A stretch of 64,000 nt of DNA, from positions 16,499-80,498 of the forward strand of contig CBDFMU010000023.1 in assembly GCA_965249785.1 (NCBI GenBank), in the 5' to 3' direction. The stretch is from Saprospiraceae bacterium (GTDB taxonomy: Bacteria > Bacteroidota > Bacteroidia > Chitinophagales > Saprospiraceae). Shown piece by piece: positions 9,203 through 18,280 of this stretch; position 1 is the first letter of the stretch, and each line of letters starts with the position of its first letter. The notes beneath the pieces are model-generated. The model ran no database searches. It had not been told where the DNA came from and was given only the letters and a program-made list of their open reading frames with translations. The position numbers were made by a program, and so were the translations under genes.

Positions 9203-10781
9203 TCATTTTTTCCTAGTATTTCTCTTTTTCACCACCAAAACCTCCTCCGGCACTACCTCCACCACCGGCGGCTCCTCATCCAGCAAATTCGCCAAAAAAG
9301 CCGCCACCGCAGGCCGAACCGCTTCTATTTTCGCCCCCACCCGCCGGTACACATCAAAATATTGTTGTACCGCATTTTCCCACGAAAAATCTATTGCCAT
9401 GATGCGCTGACGCAGCAGCCATCATAATATCCGGGTGATTCTGATACATGGTGGCGGCCCGATGCAGGGCGAAGCCAATGTCATTGAGCGATAACTGGTC
9501 GAAGCGAATACCACGCCCCATGCCGCTTGGATCGCCAATATCAGACACCGTATCCTTCAATCCACCCACCGACCGCACAATGGGAACGGTACCATAACGC
9601 ATGGAATACATCTGGTTCAGGCCGCATGGTTCTACGCGTGAAGGCATAATCAAATAATCCGAGCCAGCATAAATCTGGTGCGACAGAGCCTCATTATAAT
9701 CAATCACCGCATTGAAGCGACCAGCATAATGATAGGCCATATTGCGGAACTGATTCTCCGTCCAGGCTTCGCCGCTACCCAGCACCAGGAAACTGGCTCG
9801 ACCACCAATATTGAGGAAATTGCGGATTGCATCGGGCAGAAAATCCACCCCTTTTTCGCCGACAATACGCCCGATAAAACTGATCAAGGGCCGATCTTCC
9901 GGCAGCTGGAACCACTCGCAGAGTTTTCGTTTATTCTCGGCCTTGAAAGTGACAATATCGTCGCCTTGCAAGCGGTAATGAATCATCGGGTCGGTAGCCG
10001 GATCCCAGACTTCGGCATCAATACCGTTTAAAATACCATATTCTTTCGCCCATTCGGAGCGAAATAATTGCTCCAAACCAAGGCTGCTTTCATGTAATTC
10101 ATATAAATACGACTGCGAAACCGTCGTGACCGCCCAGGCGCAGCGCACTGCCGAAGCCAACGGATTGATCGCGTCCTTCCAGTCTAATAATGAAGCACCA
10201 GCGGATTCATAAGGCGGTAATAATTGTTCGTTCTTCCAGCTAAAAGTACCCTGATATTGGGCATTATGGATGGTAAATACCGTAGGGATCGGTGCCAATT
10301 CCCGGTAAGCCGGACAAAATTTGAGCATCCACGGAATGAGAGCCGTGTGGTGATCGTGGCAATGCAGTATGCGCGGACGATTCATCCATGGGAACGATAA
10401 TAACCAATCCAGCACCGCTTGCTGGAAAGTAATATATCGCTCCACCTCGTCGCCGTAGGGCGTGCCGGAAGGGTCGCTGTAAATACCCGGCCGGTCGTAC
10501 ACCCCCGGAATATCGACCACGAAAAACGGGTAGCCGAGTTTATTCGTGCTCTCCTGCTGAATCGTGAAAGAGCGACGCTGCCAATTGACCCAGACTTCGC
10601 CTCCATATACAGTGACCCATTCCTGGTTGCGAATCCATTTCAGATCGTACTTCGGGATGATGGCCGCCGACAGCGTACCGGCTTCGCTCATGTACTTGGG
10701 CAGAGAACCGACCACGTCGGCGAGGCCGCCCGTCTTGGCGGCTGGATAACATTCGGCGGAAATGTGCAGGACTTGAATCAT
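9203..10781 (-). pseudogene. glgA: glycogen synthase (ADP-glucose type), frameshift near the C-terminus
   Basis: MIQVLHISAECYPAAKTGGLADVVGSLPKY N-terminus. ORFs 9354..10781 and 9203..9400 overlap. The conserved W..RQRIMAIDFSW block is in the second frame, so the shift must lie at about 9419-9425. Confidence 0.85.
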
Positions 10782-11032
10782 AGTATATCAAAAAGCAATT
10801 GGCAAAAAAGCAAATATGACATACAAGGGCAACGTACCGACCAAAAGCCAAACAAAGGATTTGTTTTTGCTGGTTCAGTCCCAATTGCCGGTTGCTTTTT
10901 CTGCCTTTTGCCTATTAAAAAGCCTCCCGATGGGAAGCGCGGGCAAAATACAGACAATGCCTCCGTTCTTTCCAAAAAAAATTTGGACTTTCGTGCCTAC
11001 GTATTCACATTCACCTTCACATTCGCTCAATT

Positions 11033-11935
11033 ATGAACAATCATTTTTCCCGACGCCGTTTTATGCAAGCCTCCAGCCTGGCACTGGCAGGCACAGCACT
11101 ATCCCCCAACCTGCTGGCAGCTGCCGAAAATTATTTCAAAACCAAGCACATTGGCCTCCAGCTCTGGAGCGTCCGTGAGGACATGAACAAAGATGCCGCT
11201 GGCACGCTCAAAGCGCTGGCTGCTATGGGCTACAAGGAAGTAGAAAGTTTCGGTTACGATGCCAAAACGGACAAAATATTTGGCATTGCTTTCAGCGATT
11301 TTACTAAGTTGTTGAAAGATAATGGCTTAAAAATGCCCAGCAGCCACTCCCCTATCCATGTATCCGACTACGATCCGGCTACCAAAATGCTTTCCGATCT
11401 AAGCAAAAAAGCGATTGATAAAGCGGCTGCGGCGGGTCAGAAATACTTTATCAATCCGTGGACGCTGGAAGAGGACCGCAAGAAATTGCCCGAACTGATG
11501 AAGGCATTCACCGCTGCCGGAGAGTATGTCAAAAAAGCGGGAATGAAATTCGGCTACCACAACCACGATTTTGAGTTCAAGACCAAAGGTACGGACGGAC
11601 GGCTGATGTATGATTGGCTGTTGACAGAAGTGGACCCGAAACTGATGACTATGGAAATGGATATTTACTGGGTACAGTTTGCGGGCTTCCAAGCACTGGA
11701 TTATTTCAAAAAATATCCGGGTCGCTTCGAGCTCTGTCATGCCAAAGATATGTCTGCGGCTGACAAGCATCCGTCCATTGAGTTTGGCGATGGCACCATT
11801 GATTTCAAGAGCATCCTCGCGCAGCGTTCCAAGGCTGGCATCAAATACGTCATCATTGAGCTGGAAAATTACCTGACTACGCCGATGAAAGGCGTGCAAA
11901 AGAGCTTGGATAATTTGAAGGCGTTGGAGGTATAA
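11033..11935 (+). CDS. sugar phosphate isomerase/epimerase (xylose-isomerase-like TIM barrel) with Tat signal
   Basis: SRRRFMQASSLALAGTAL twin-arginine leader, and HIGLQLWSV..GYKEVE..YHNHDFEF motifs of the AP-endonuclease-2/xylose isomerase-like fold. Confidence 0.7.
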   Translation: MNNHFSRRRFMQASSLALAGTALSPNLLAAAENYFKTKHIGLQLWSVREDMNKDAAGTLKALAAMGYKEVESFGYDAKTDKIFGIAFSDFTKLLKDNGLKMPSSHSPIHVSDYDPATKMLSDLSKKAIDKAAAAGQKYFINPWTLEEDRKKLPELMKAFTAAGEYVKKAGMKFGYHNHDFEFKTKGTDGRLMYDWLLTEVDPKLMTMEMDIYWVQFAGFQALDYFKKYPGRFELCHAKDMSAADKHPSIEFGDGTIDFKSILAQRSKAGIKYVIIELENYLTTPMKGVQKSLDNLKALEV

Positions 11936-11940
11936 ACAAT

Positions 11941-11973
11941 AGTAGTAGTCTGACTCAAAGTCAGACTACTACT
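11941..11973 (+). terminator. hairpin terminator
   Basis: AGTAGTAGTCTGACT caa AGTCAGACTACTACT, a 15-bp perfect stem followed by TTTCC. Confidence 0.6.
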
Positions 11974-11990
11974 TTCCATGAATCAAAACA

Positions 11991-13055
11991 ATGACGAAAC
12001 CACACTACCCAATCCTCGACGGGCTGCGGGGCACGGCGGCTATTTTAGTCGTTATATTCCATCTATTTGAAGCCTATTATCCAGTGCCAGCCAATCACCC
12101 TATGCATCATGGGTATTTGGCAGTAGACTTTTTCTATTTATTGTCTGGTTTTGTAGTAGGTTATGCGTACGATGACCGTTGGGGACGCATGAGTATGAAG
12201 GAGTTTTTTACTATAAGATTAATTCGCCTGCATCCACTGGTTATATTAGGTGCTATCATTGGCGCCATTGGTTTCTGGCTTGATCCATATACTAATCGCT
12301 TTGACTCGGTTGGTGCATTAAAACTTATCGGCGTTACACTGCTAAGTTTTACTTTATTACCAACCCCCGACATTCGTGGCTGGGGTGAAACCCACTCTAT
12401 TAATGGGCCGGCGTGGTCTTTATTCCAGGAATATCTGGCTAATCTTATCTATGGATTATTTGGACGCAAGATGAGCCGTCTAATTCTCACTATAATTGTA
12501 TTGATTAGTGCTATTGCCCTTATTGGAGCGGCTGTATGGCATGGGGATGTTGGAACCGGATGGGGCTACGATACTTTCTGGATTGCTGTCACCCGCATGA
12601 TGTTTCCTTTTTTTGCCGGCCTGTTATTATTTCGTACAGGTAAATTGATCAGCATACCAAATGCCTACGTAGTCTGTTCCCTATTATTAATGTTCCTTTT
12701 CTTTTTACCAACCTTTAAATACAACGGTTTGTATGAAGCCGCCTGTATTATTATTGCTTTTCCCATCATTGTATCAGCAGGTGCCGGTGGAGCAATAAAA
12801 GGACGCTGGGCTAAATTGTGTAAGTTTTCCGGTGACATCTCCTATCCTATTTATATTACGCATTATCCCTTTATTTATATTTATACTGCCTGGGTCTCCG
12901 AAAAGAAACCTGCCCCAGAACAAATTGCTCCTGTTGCCTGTGCTTTGTTTGTATTTTTAATGGTACTAGCCTATGTATCGCTGAAATTATATGATGAACC
13001 AGTCAGGGCTTGGTTGAAGAAGAAATTATTGTGGGAGAAGAGTGCAGCAACATAA
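11991..13055 (+). CDS. acyltransferase family 3 (OafA-like) integral membrane protein
   Basis: ILDGLRGTAAILVVIFHL start typical of acyltransferase_3. About 10 hydrophobic segments. Confidence 0.75.
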   Translation: MTKPHYPILDGLRGTAAILVVIFHLFEAYYPVPANHPMHHGYLAVDFFYLLSGFVVGYAYDDRWGRMSMKEFFTIRLIRLHPLVILGAIIGAIGFWLDPYTNRFDSVGALKLIGVTLLSFTLLPTPDIRGWGETHSINGPAWSLFQEYLANLIYGLFGRKMSRLILTIIVLISAIALIGAAVWHGDVGTGWGYDTFWIAVTRMMFPFFAGLLLFRTGKLISIPNAYVVCSLLLMFLFFLPTFKYNGLYEAACIIIAFPIIVSAGAGGAIKGRWAKLCKFSGDISYPIYITHYPFIYIYTAWVSEKKPAPEQIAPVACALFVFLMVLAYVSLKLYDEPVRAWLKKKLLWEKSAAT

Positions 13056-13079
13056 AGTAATTGGATATTTATTATCTTG

Positions 13080-13217
13080 TATAGTAAAAGTTGAGAGGCC
13101 TCCTACGCCTGAAAAAGGCTTCGGCGGATAAAGTTGAGAATGTTGAGAGGGGTTGAGATATTGATATTGAATACTTTACATTGGACCTCTGTTCAAACCA
13201 CTCTGCGTTGACTGTAA
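13080..13217 (-). repeat. GTTGAGA-box element, copy A (carries a nested 33-bp insertion)
   Basis: TATAGTAAAAGTTGAGAGG[insert]AGTTGAGAATGTTGAGAGGGGTTGAGATATTGAT..CTGTTCAAACCACTCTGCGTTGACTGTA. It starts 25 bp after the stop at 13055. Confidence 0.8.
13099..13131. repeat. 33-bp mini-repeat CCTCCTACGCCTGAAAAAGGCTTCGGCGGATAA (second copy at 55902-55933)
   Basis: Nearly the same string recurs at 55902-55933 (CCTCCTTCGCCTAAAAAGGCTTCGGCGGGTAA). Here it interrupts another repeat. Confidence 0.75.
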
Positions 13218-13410
13218 CCGTCGACTTTTAATCAGCGAAGTAGAGAATACTACGTTTTCCATCTTTTAGGATTGATACTGATGTTTTGTAGAGAAGTTAA
13301 GTGCGATTTTATGTTTTACCTTGCCCCCCGACTAGAGTTCGGGGGGTTACAAGATAATAAATGTCATATGGATAATTGCCAAGGGTTTTAAAACATTTCT
13401 AAAACGTCAA

Positions 13411-13442
13411 CGGCCCGCTCCCGAATACTCGGAAGCGGGCCG
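13411..13442 (-). terminator. GC-rich hairpin after the small ORF
   Basis: CGGCCCGCTCCCGA atac TCGGAAGCGGGCCG, then TTGACGTTTTAG on the minus strand. Confidence 0.5.
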
Positions 13443-13460
13443 CGCTATGTAACAAAATTT

Positions 13461-13586
13461 TTACTGACAGTTGGCGTAGCCAAGCATCCAATACACAATA
13501 AAGAAAATAACCAGGGTGGAGAGGCAGCCGCCGCCGAGTTTCCAGGCAGCGACTCCAGCCAATAGGGAGCGAAAAGGACCTTGCAT
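13461..13586 (-). CDS. small hydrophobic protein (41 aa), hypothetical
   Basis: MQGPFRSLLAGVAAWKLGGGCLSTLVIFFIVYWMLGYANCQ has one clear TM segment. The start was chosen at an internal ATG. Followed by a hairpin. Confidence 0.35.
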   Translation of the reverse strand: MQGPFRSLLAGVAAWKLGGGCLSTLVIFFIVYWMLGYANCQ

Positions 13587-13664
13587 AGTTGGTAGATGTT
13601 TTAGTTCGCCCGAAAACCAGAAAAAAATAAGCCGAACTTTATTGGGGAATTTTATGCCCATATT

Positions 13665-13719
13665 GTACCAGCGGGTTTAGCCGCCAATAACTGTGTGCGG
13701 CGGCTGAACCCGCCGGTAC
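13665..13719. repeat. GTAC-headed REP-like palindrome (family copy 1)
   Basis: GTACCAGCGGGTTTAGCCGCC - 12-nt loop - CGGCGGCTGAACCCGCCGGTAC. A near-identical element lies at 36458-36511. Confidence 0.85.
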
Positions 13720-13726
13720 GTCGGTA

Positions 13727-13948
13727 TTATTCCCAAATGGCACTACTGCCACGTCGAATATAATGGCGGATATTGACCCAAAAAGCCACCATCAAATAAA
13801 TAATCAGGGGCGATCCCATACCAATGAAAGAGATATAAATGAAATATTTGCGCACTGCGGTCGGCGCAATGTGCATTTTGTTTCCCAAATATTGACATAC
13901 GCCAAATGCATGACGCTCGACCAGATCCTTAAACCAATTTTGAAGCAT
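13727..13948 (-). CDS. PspC-domain membrane protein
   Basis: FGVCQYLGNKMHIAPTAVRKYFIYISFIGMGSPLIIYLMVAFWV matches the PspC domain pattern. Start taken at Met11 of the ORF. Confidence 0.6.
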   Translation of the reverse strand: MLQNWFKDLVERHAFGVCQYLGNKMHIAPTAVRKYFIYISFIGMGSPLIIYLMVAFWVNIRHYIRRGSSAIWE

Positions 13949-14220
13949 CGCTGTAGAGGCTGATTTTTTATGGAACACAGAACAAATATAAGCGGTGCTG
14001 GCGGTAATTCGCTACTATCCACACTTTTCTCGCCAGCGTTTTTTTAAACTACGAACTGCTTTTCCCGTTTTCGATACGCTACTTTTGTTGGTCAAAAAAG
14101 GCGGGCCGAAGGTACGGAAGGGAACATTCCGTAGGAAATATACCAGAGGTACGGTCTGGCTAATCAAAATATAAAAAAGGGCCACGCGGGTCAAAAGACG
14201 CGAAAAATAAATTAATTTTC

Positions 14221-15531
14221 ATGCACAAATACTTGTTTTTCAGCACGTTGATCCTTATTCTGGCTGGTTGCGTTACGGCCAATTCCTCCTTCACGCGGGT
14301 CGCCCCTGGCATCTGGCGCGGTGTGCTGGTGCTGGAAAAATTCCGGATGGCAGTGAATAAAAAAGATACCGTGGTGCTGCTCACCGACCAGTTCAACTCC
14401 GGCGAGCTGCCTTTCAACTTTGAGGTAAAATACCTGGACGAGGAACGCTTTGTCATCGAGTTCATGAATGGCACCGAACGCATTCGCTGCGATAGTATTC
14501 GCTACGGACGCGACCGCACGCAGGCCCGCGACACGATGAACGTTTATTTCCCGGAATATGCGTCTTACCTCCATGCGGAGATTCGCGGCGGCGTGATGCA
14601 GGGCGAATGGGTCGTCACTACCCGCGAGAATTATCGCATTCCTTTTTATGCCAACGCGGGTCGCAATTACCGGTTTACCTCCCTGAACGTGCCGCCATCC
14701 ACCCAGTTATCCGGCGAATGGGCCACTTTATTTGGCATTGAAAAGCCCACGCAGGAAAAAGCCATCGGCGAATTTCAGCAGCAGGGCAATCATTTGGAAG
14801 GTACTTTTCGCACCGAAACCGGCGATTATCGCTATCTGGAAGGCACCATGCAAGGCCACAAATTCTGGCTTTCCTGCTTCGATGGTTCTCATGCCTTTTT
14901 ATTTTCCGGCAGTGTGCAGGGCGATAGTTTACAGGGAGAGTTTCGCTCTGGCACCCACTCACGTACCTTATTTACGAGCTGGCGCGACCCCAATTTCCAC
15001 CTCGGTAATGCCGACTCGCTGACCCGCATGAAAACCAATGCTGGCAACATTGCTTTTTCGTTGCCTAATCCCCAAGGCACCAACGTGACCTTTCCAGGAC
15101 CGGCCTTTGATGGAAAAATTAAAATTTTTACCATTATGGGTACGTGGTGCCCAAATTGCCGCGATGAGCAGGTTTTTCTCACTGAATACTTAAAAAACAA
15201 CCCTGCGATTGCTAAAAACTTGGCGATTGTGGGCCTGTCGTTTGAGCGCGGCAAGGATACGACCCGCATAAATGCCATCCTGAAGGAATACAAAAAGAAA
15301 ATGGGCATACCATTTGAAATAGTCTACGCCGGAGCAGCCACCACCGCCGAGGCAGAGCGGGTTTTACCCAATCTTGAGCACGTGATGGCTTTCCCGACGA
15401 TGATGATTCTGGATAAAAACAATCGGATTCGGCGTATTCATACTGGTTTTGACGGACCAGCTACCAGCAAATACGGGGCTTTCAAACAAGAGTTTGAGGC
15501 GTTAATAAAAACGATAAGTGATGAACGATAA
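14221..15531 (+). CDS. TlpA-like thiol:disulfide oxidoreductase lipoprotein (thioredoxin fold at C-terminus)
   Basis: Lipobox LILILAGC. The C-terminal block IFTIMGTWCPNCRDE contains the CxxC motif. Confidence 0.75.
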   Translation: MHKYLFFSTLILILAGCVTANSSFTRVAPGIWRGVLVLEKFRMAVNKKDTVVLLTDQFNSGELPFNFEVKYLDEERFVIEFMNGTERIRCDSIRYGRDRTQARDTMNVYFPEYASYLHAEIRGGVMQGEWVVTTRENYRIPFYANAGRNYRFTSLNVPPSTQLSGEWATLFGIEKPTQEKAIGEFQQQGNHLEGTFRTETGDYRYLEGTMQGHKFWLSCFDGSHAFLFSGSVQGDSLQGEFRSGTHSRTLFTSWRDPNFHLGNADSLTRMKTNAGNIAFSLPNPQGTNVTFPGPAFDGKIKIFTIMGTWCPNCRDEQVFLTEYLKNNPAIAKNLAIVGLSFERGKDTTRINAILKEYKKKMGIPFEIVYAGAATTAEAERVLPNLEHVMAFPTMMILDKNNRIRRIHTGFDGPATSKYGAFKQEFEALIKTISDER

Positions 15532-15700
15532 ACCACCCCAGAAGTCGTTGTATATTCTTTGCAATCTTATTGTGCAAAAAGATAAAATACTAACTTGTTG
15601 ACTATCAATTCAAAATTTGTAAAAGCGAGCACCAAGAAACGCTTTTAACATTCAGGGCAATCACTAGGGCTGCCCTACAAATCCATACCCAACCCGATAA

Positions 15701-18061
15701 ATGAATCGTATTCTCCTTGCCTATTGCCACGACAACGCTGATCTGGCTTCCCACCTCGACCATAAATTAAGCCGTATCGGCATTCCGTTCGAGCACGTTA
15801 CCGACTTGCCTAATCTGCCTATTGGTGCTTTCAACGAGTACTTGCGGGCCAATAATGAGCCAGTGCTGATGCTCGTGACCGACAACCTGCTGAAAAATCT
15901 GCCCTGCATGATCGGTCTGTTGCCGACCGTACAACAATTGGTACGCGAGGATCGGCTACTGCTGGTATTAAGCGACGGTAAGGATGAGGACGGCCAGCCG
16001 CAGCCAACGCATATTGACCGGATGGTGAATGCCATGCAGTATATGAATTACTGGCAAAATATCTGGTTGACGCTTAGTACCGCCCACCAAAATACTTCCG
16101 AAGAAGCCGATAAGGAAGCCCTCAACCAGGAATTGGATCAGGTACGCGGCATTGCCAACCAAATGGGCGACCTGATCGGTGCCCTGCGTGATGCTGGATA
16201 CAGTACCACCGAAGAGTTGGAATCTAATGATTTTGCGCTGTTTTTTCAAAAATTTGGCCTGTCCGATTGGCACGGCCAGTATCGGCGTCTGGCTGCCCTC
16301 GATCAACAGACTGCACAGACTACTGGGGAAGTTGCGCCCACTACTTTAACCGAAGTGCCTGTATTGACTGGGCCGCTCACGCCTACACCCGCCGAAACGG
16401 TAGAAGCACCTGCCAAAGCGGTGGAAGAAATAGAACAGGTAGACGAAGTAAGGGATGAAACGCCGCCTGCCGCGCCCGAATCGTCCACTCTTGCCCCGGA
16501 AGCCGAAGCCCCGGATACGCCTTGGACAAGTGAAAATACTGCTGTGGAAACACCAGAAGAACGGGCGGAAATGGAAATCACCATCCGCGATGCCTGGTTC
16601 TGGCTAGAACGCGGCTACACCGAACGCGGCCTGGAACTCTTCCAATTAGCCTTGGAACAACAACCCGACCATGAGGGTTTGCAGCAAGAATATGCGTTGG
16701 CTTTGGAAAAATACAGCCCCTCCGCCGAAGAGTCGACCGCGCAACCGGAAGTGTTGCCTGCGACTGTTCCTGAGACGGAAGAGTTTATCCCTTTTGATGA
16801 AACATACTCCGATGAGCTGGAAGAAATGCCGGTCACCGAGACTGGCGAAGCCCGTTCGTATGAATTGATGGGTGAAATGGCGGTTGAAAAAGGCGATTAT
16901 CTTTTTGCCAAATACTGCTGGGATCGCGCTGCCGAACTGGACCCTGCTTACCCGGACATCTACCGAAAACTCGGCTTGATGACCACCGAACACCTGCGCG
17001 ACTACCGCGAAACGGCGGTGCATTATTTGCAGAAAGCCCTGGAAATCAATCCAAATGATGCCGAAGTACATTTGGCTTTGGCTAAAACCAGCGCGCAAAG
17101 CGGCCAGCCTGCTCAAGCCGAAGGCTGGTATCATCGCGCCGTTTCCATTCAGCCCAGCCTGCGCACCGATGAATATGATCAGCAGTTTTCTTCCGAGCCA
17201 TTAGCCCTGCCGACGCTGGCGGCAGAAAAGCCAATAGAGCCCATACCCGTCGAGCCAACTCCGGTGCAACAGCCCGTGCGGGAGCCGCGCGAGGTGCTTA
17301 CCGTACTCATTACGGGTGCTACTTCGGGCATTGGCCGTGCTACGGCGGAGCTATTTGCCCGGCAAGGGCATCGCCTCATCATCACGGGTCGTCGCCTGGA
17401 ACGCCTGGTGCTATTGAAGACCGAACTGGAAACTGAATTACACAGTGATGTGCTGATGCTGCCTTTCGATGTACGCGATGCTGGCGCAGTGGAAGCGGCA
17501 TTGACAAATCTACCGGAAGGCTGGCAAAATGTAGATATTCTGGTCAATAATGCGGGTCTGGCCAAAGGATTTTCGCCCATCCAGGAGGGCGCGCTCGATC
17601 ATTGGGAGACGATGATTGATACCAACGTGAAAGGGCTACTCTATGTGACACGCGCTATATCGCCCGGGATGGTGCAGCGTCGGCGCGGTCATATTATCAA
17701 TATTGGCTCTATTGCTGGAAAAGAAGTTTATCCGAATGGTAATGTCTATTGCGCTACTAAATTCGCGGTGGATGCACTCACCCAGGCCATGCGACTGGAT
17801 TTGCATAAATATAACATTCGCGTTAGTCAGGTGAGTCCCGGGCACGTGGAAGAGACAGAATTTGCGCTAAATCGCTTCGACGGCGATCAGGAACGAGCCA
17901 GGATGTATGAGGATTTCCAGCCGCTACGCGCCACCGATGTAGCAGAAGTAATTTATTTTATGACGACTCGCCCACCCCACGTGAATGTACAGGATGTGGT
18001 AATGTTTGGAACGCAGCAGGCTAGTGCTACCGTGGTAGATCGGTCAGGACGGAAGTTTTAA
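15701..18061 (+). CDS. multidomain protein: TIR-like N-domain + Pro/Glu-rich linkers + TPR repeats + YdfG-type short-chain dehydrogenase
   Basis: The C-terminal 250 aa have TGATSGIGRA, NNAG and S..YCATK (a complete SDR). The middle region has TPR-like hairpins (YELMGEMAVEKGDYLFAKYCWDRAAELDPAYPD..). The N-terminus has a beta-alpha pattern ILLAYCHDNADLASHLDHKLSRIGIPFEHV..PVLMLVTDNLL. Confidence 0.7.
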   Translation: MNRILLAYCHDNADLASHLDHKLSRIGIPFEHVTDLPNLPIGAFNEYLRANNEPVLMLVTDNLLKNLPCMIGLLPTVQQLVREDRLLLVLSDGKDEDGQPQPTHIDRMVNAMQYMNYWQNIWLTLSTAHQNTSEEADKEALNQELDQVRGIANQMGDLIGALRDAGYSTTEELESNDFALFFQKFGLSDWHGQYRRLAALDQQTAQTTGEVAPTTLTEVPVLTGPLTPTPAETVEAPAKAVEEIEQVDEVRDETPPAAPESSTLAPEAEAPDTPWTSENTAVETPEERAEMEITIRDAWFWLERGYTERGLELFQLALEQQPDHEGLQQEYALALEKYSPSAEESTAQPEVLPATVPETEEFIPFDETYSDELEEMPVTETGEARSYELMGEMAVEKGDYLFAKYCWDRAAELDPAYPDIYRKLGLMTTEHLRDYRETAVHYLQKALEINPNDAEVHLALAKTSAQSGQPAQAEGWYHRAVSIQPSLRTDEYDQQFSSEPLALPTLAAEKPIEPIPVEPTPVQQPVREPREVLTVLITGATSGIGRATAELFARQGHRLIITGRRLERLVLLKTELETELHSDVLMLPFDVRDAGAVEAALTNLPEGWQNVDILVNNAGLAKGFSPIQEGALDHWETMIDTNVKGLLYVTRAISPGMVQRRRGHIINIGSIAGKEVYPNGNVYCATKFAVDALTQAMRLDLHKYNIRVSQVSPGHVEETEFALNRFDGDQERARMYEDFQPLRATDVAEVIYFMTTRPPHVNVQDVVMFGTQQASATVVDRSGRKF

Positions 18062-18068
18062 AAAGAAT

Positions 18069-18255
18069 CATTGTCAACGCAGAGTGGTTTTGAACAAAGA
18101 CCGAATGTAAGGTATTCACGATCAATAACTATAGTCAACGCAAAGTGGTTATGAATAAAAAATAAATGCAACGTGCTGACAATCAAATGTCTCAACAGCC
18201 TCAACATTCTCAACGTCTACTATAAACCTTCTAAACCACTCTAAACTGTATATAT
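18069..18255 (+). repeat. GTTGAGA-box elements, locus B (truncated copy + full copy 18130-18224 + end fragment)
   Basis: CATTGTCAACGCAGAGTGGTTTTGAACAAAG.. then TATAGTCAACGCAAAGTGG..CTCAACAGCCTCAACATTCTCAACGTCTACTATA, then CTAAACCACTCTAAACTGTATA. Confidence 0.8.
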
Positions 18256-18280
18256 CATCAGCAGCAAAATAAAGTAAAAT

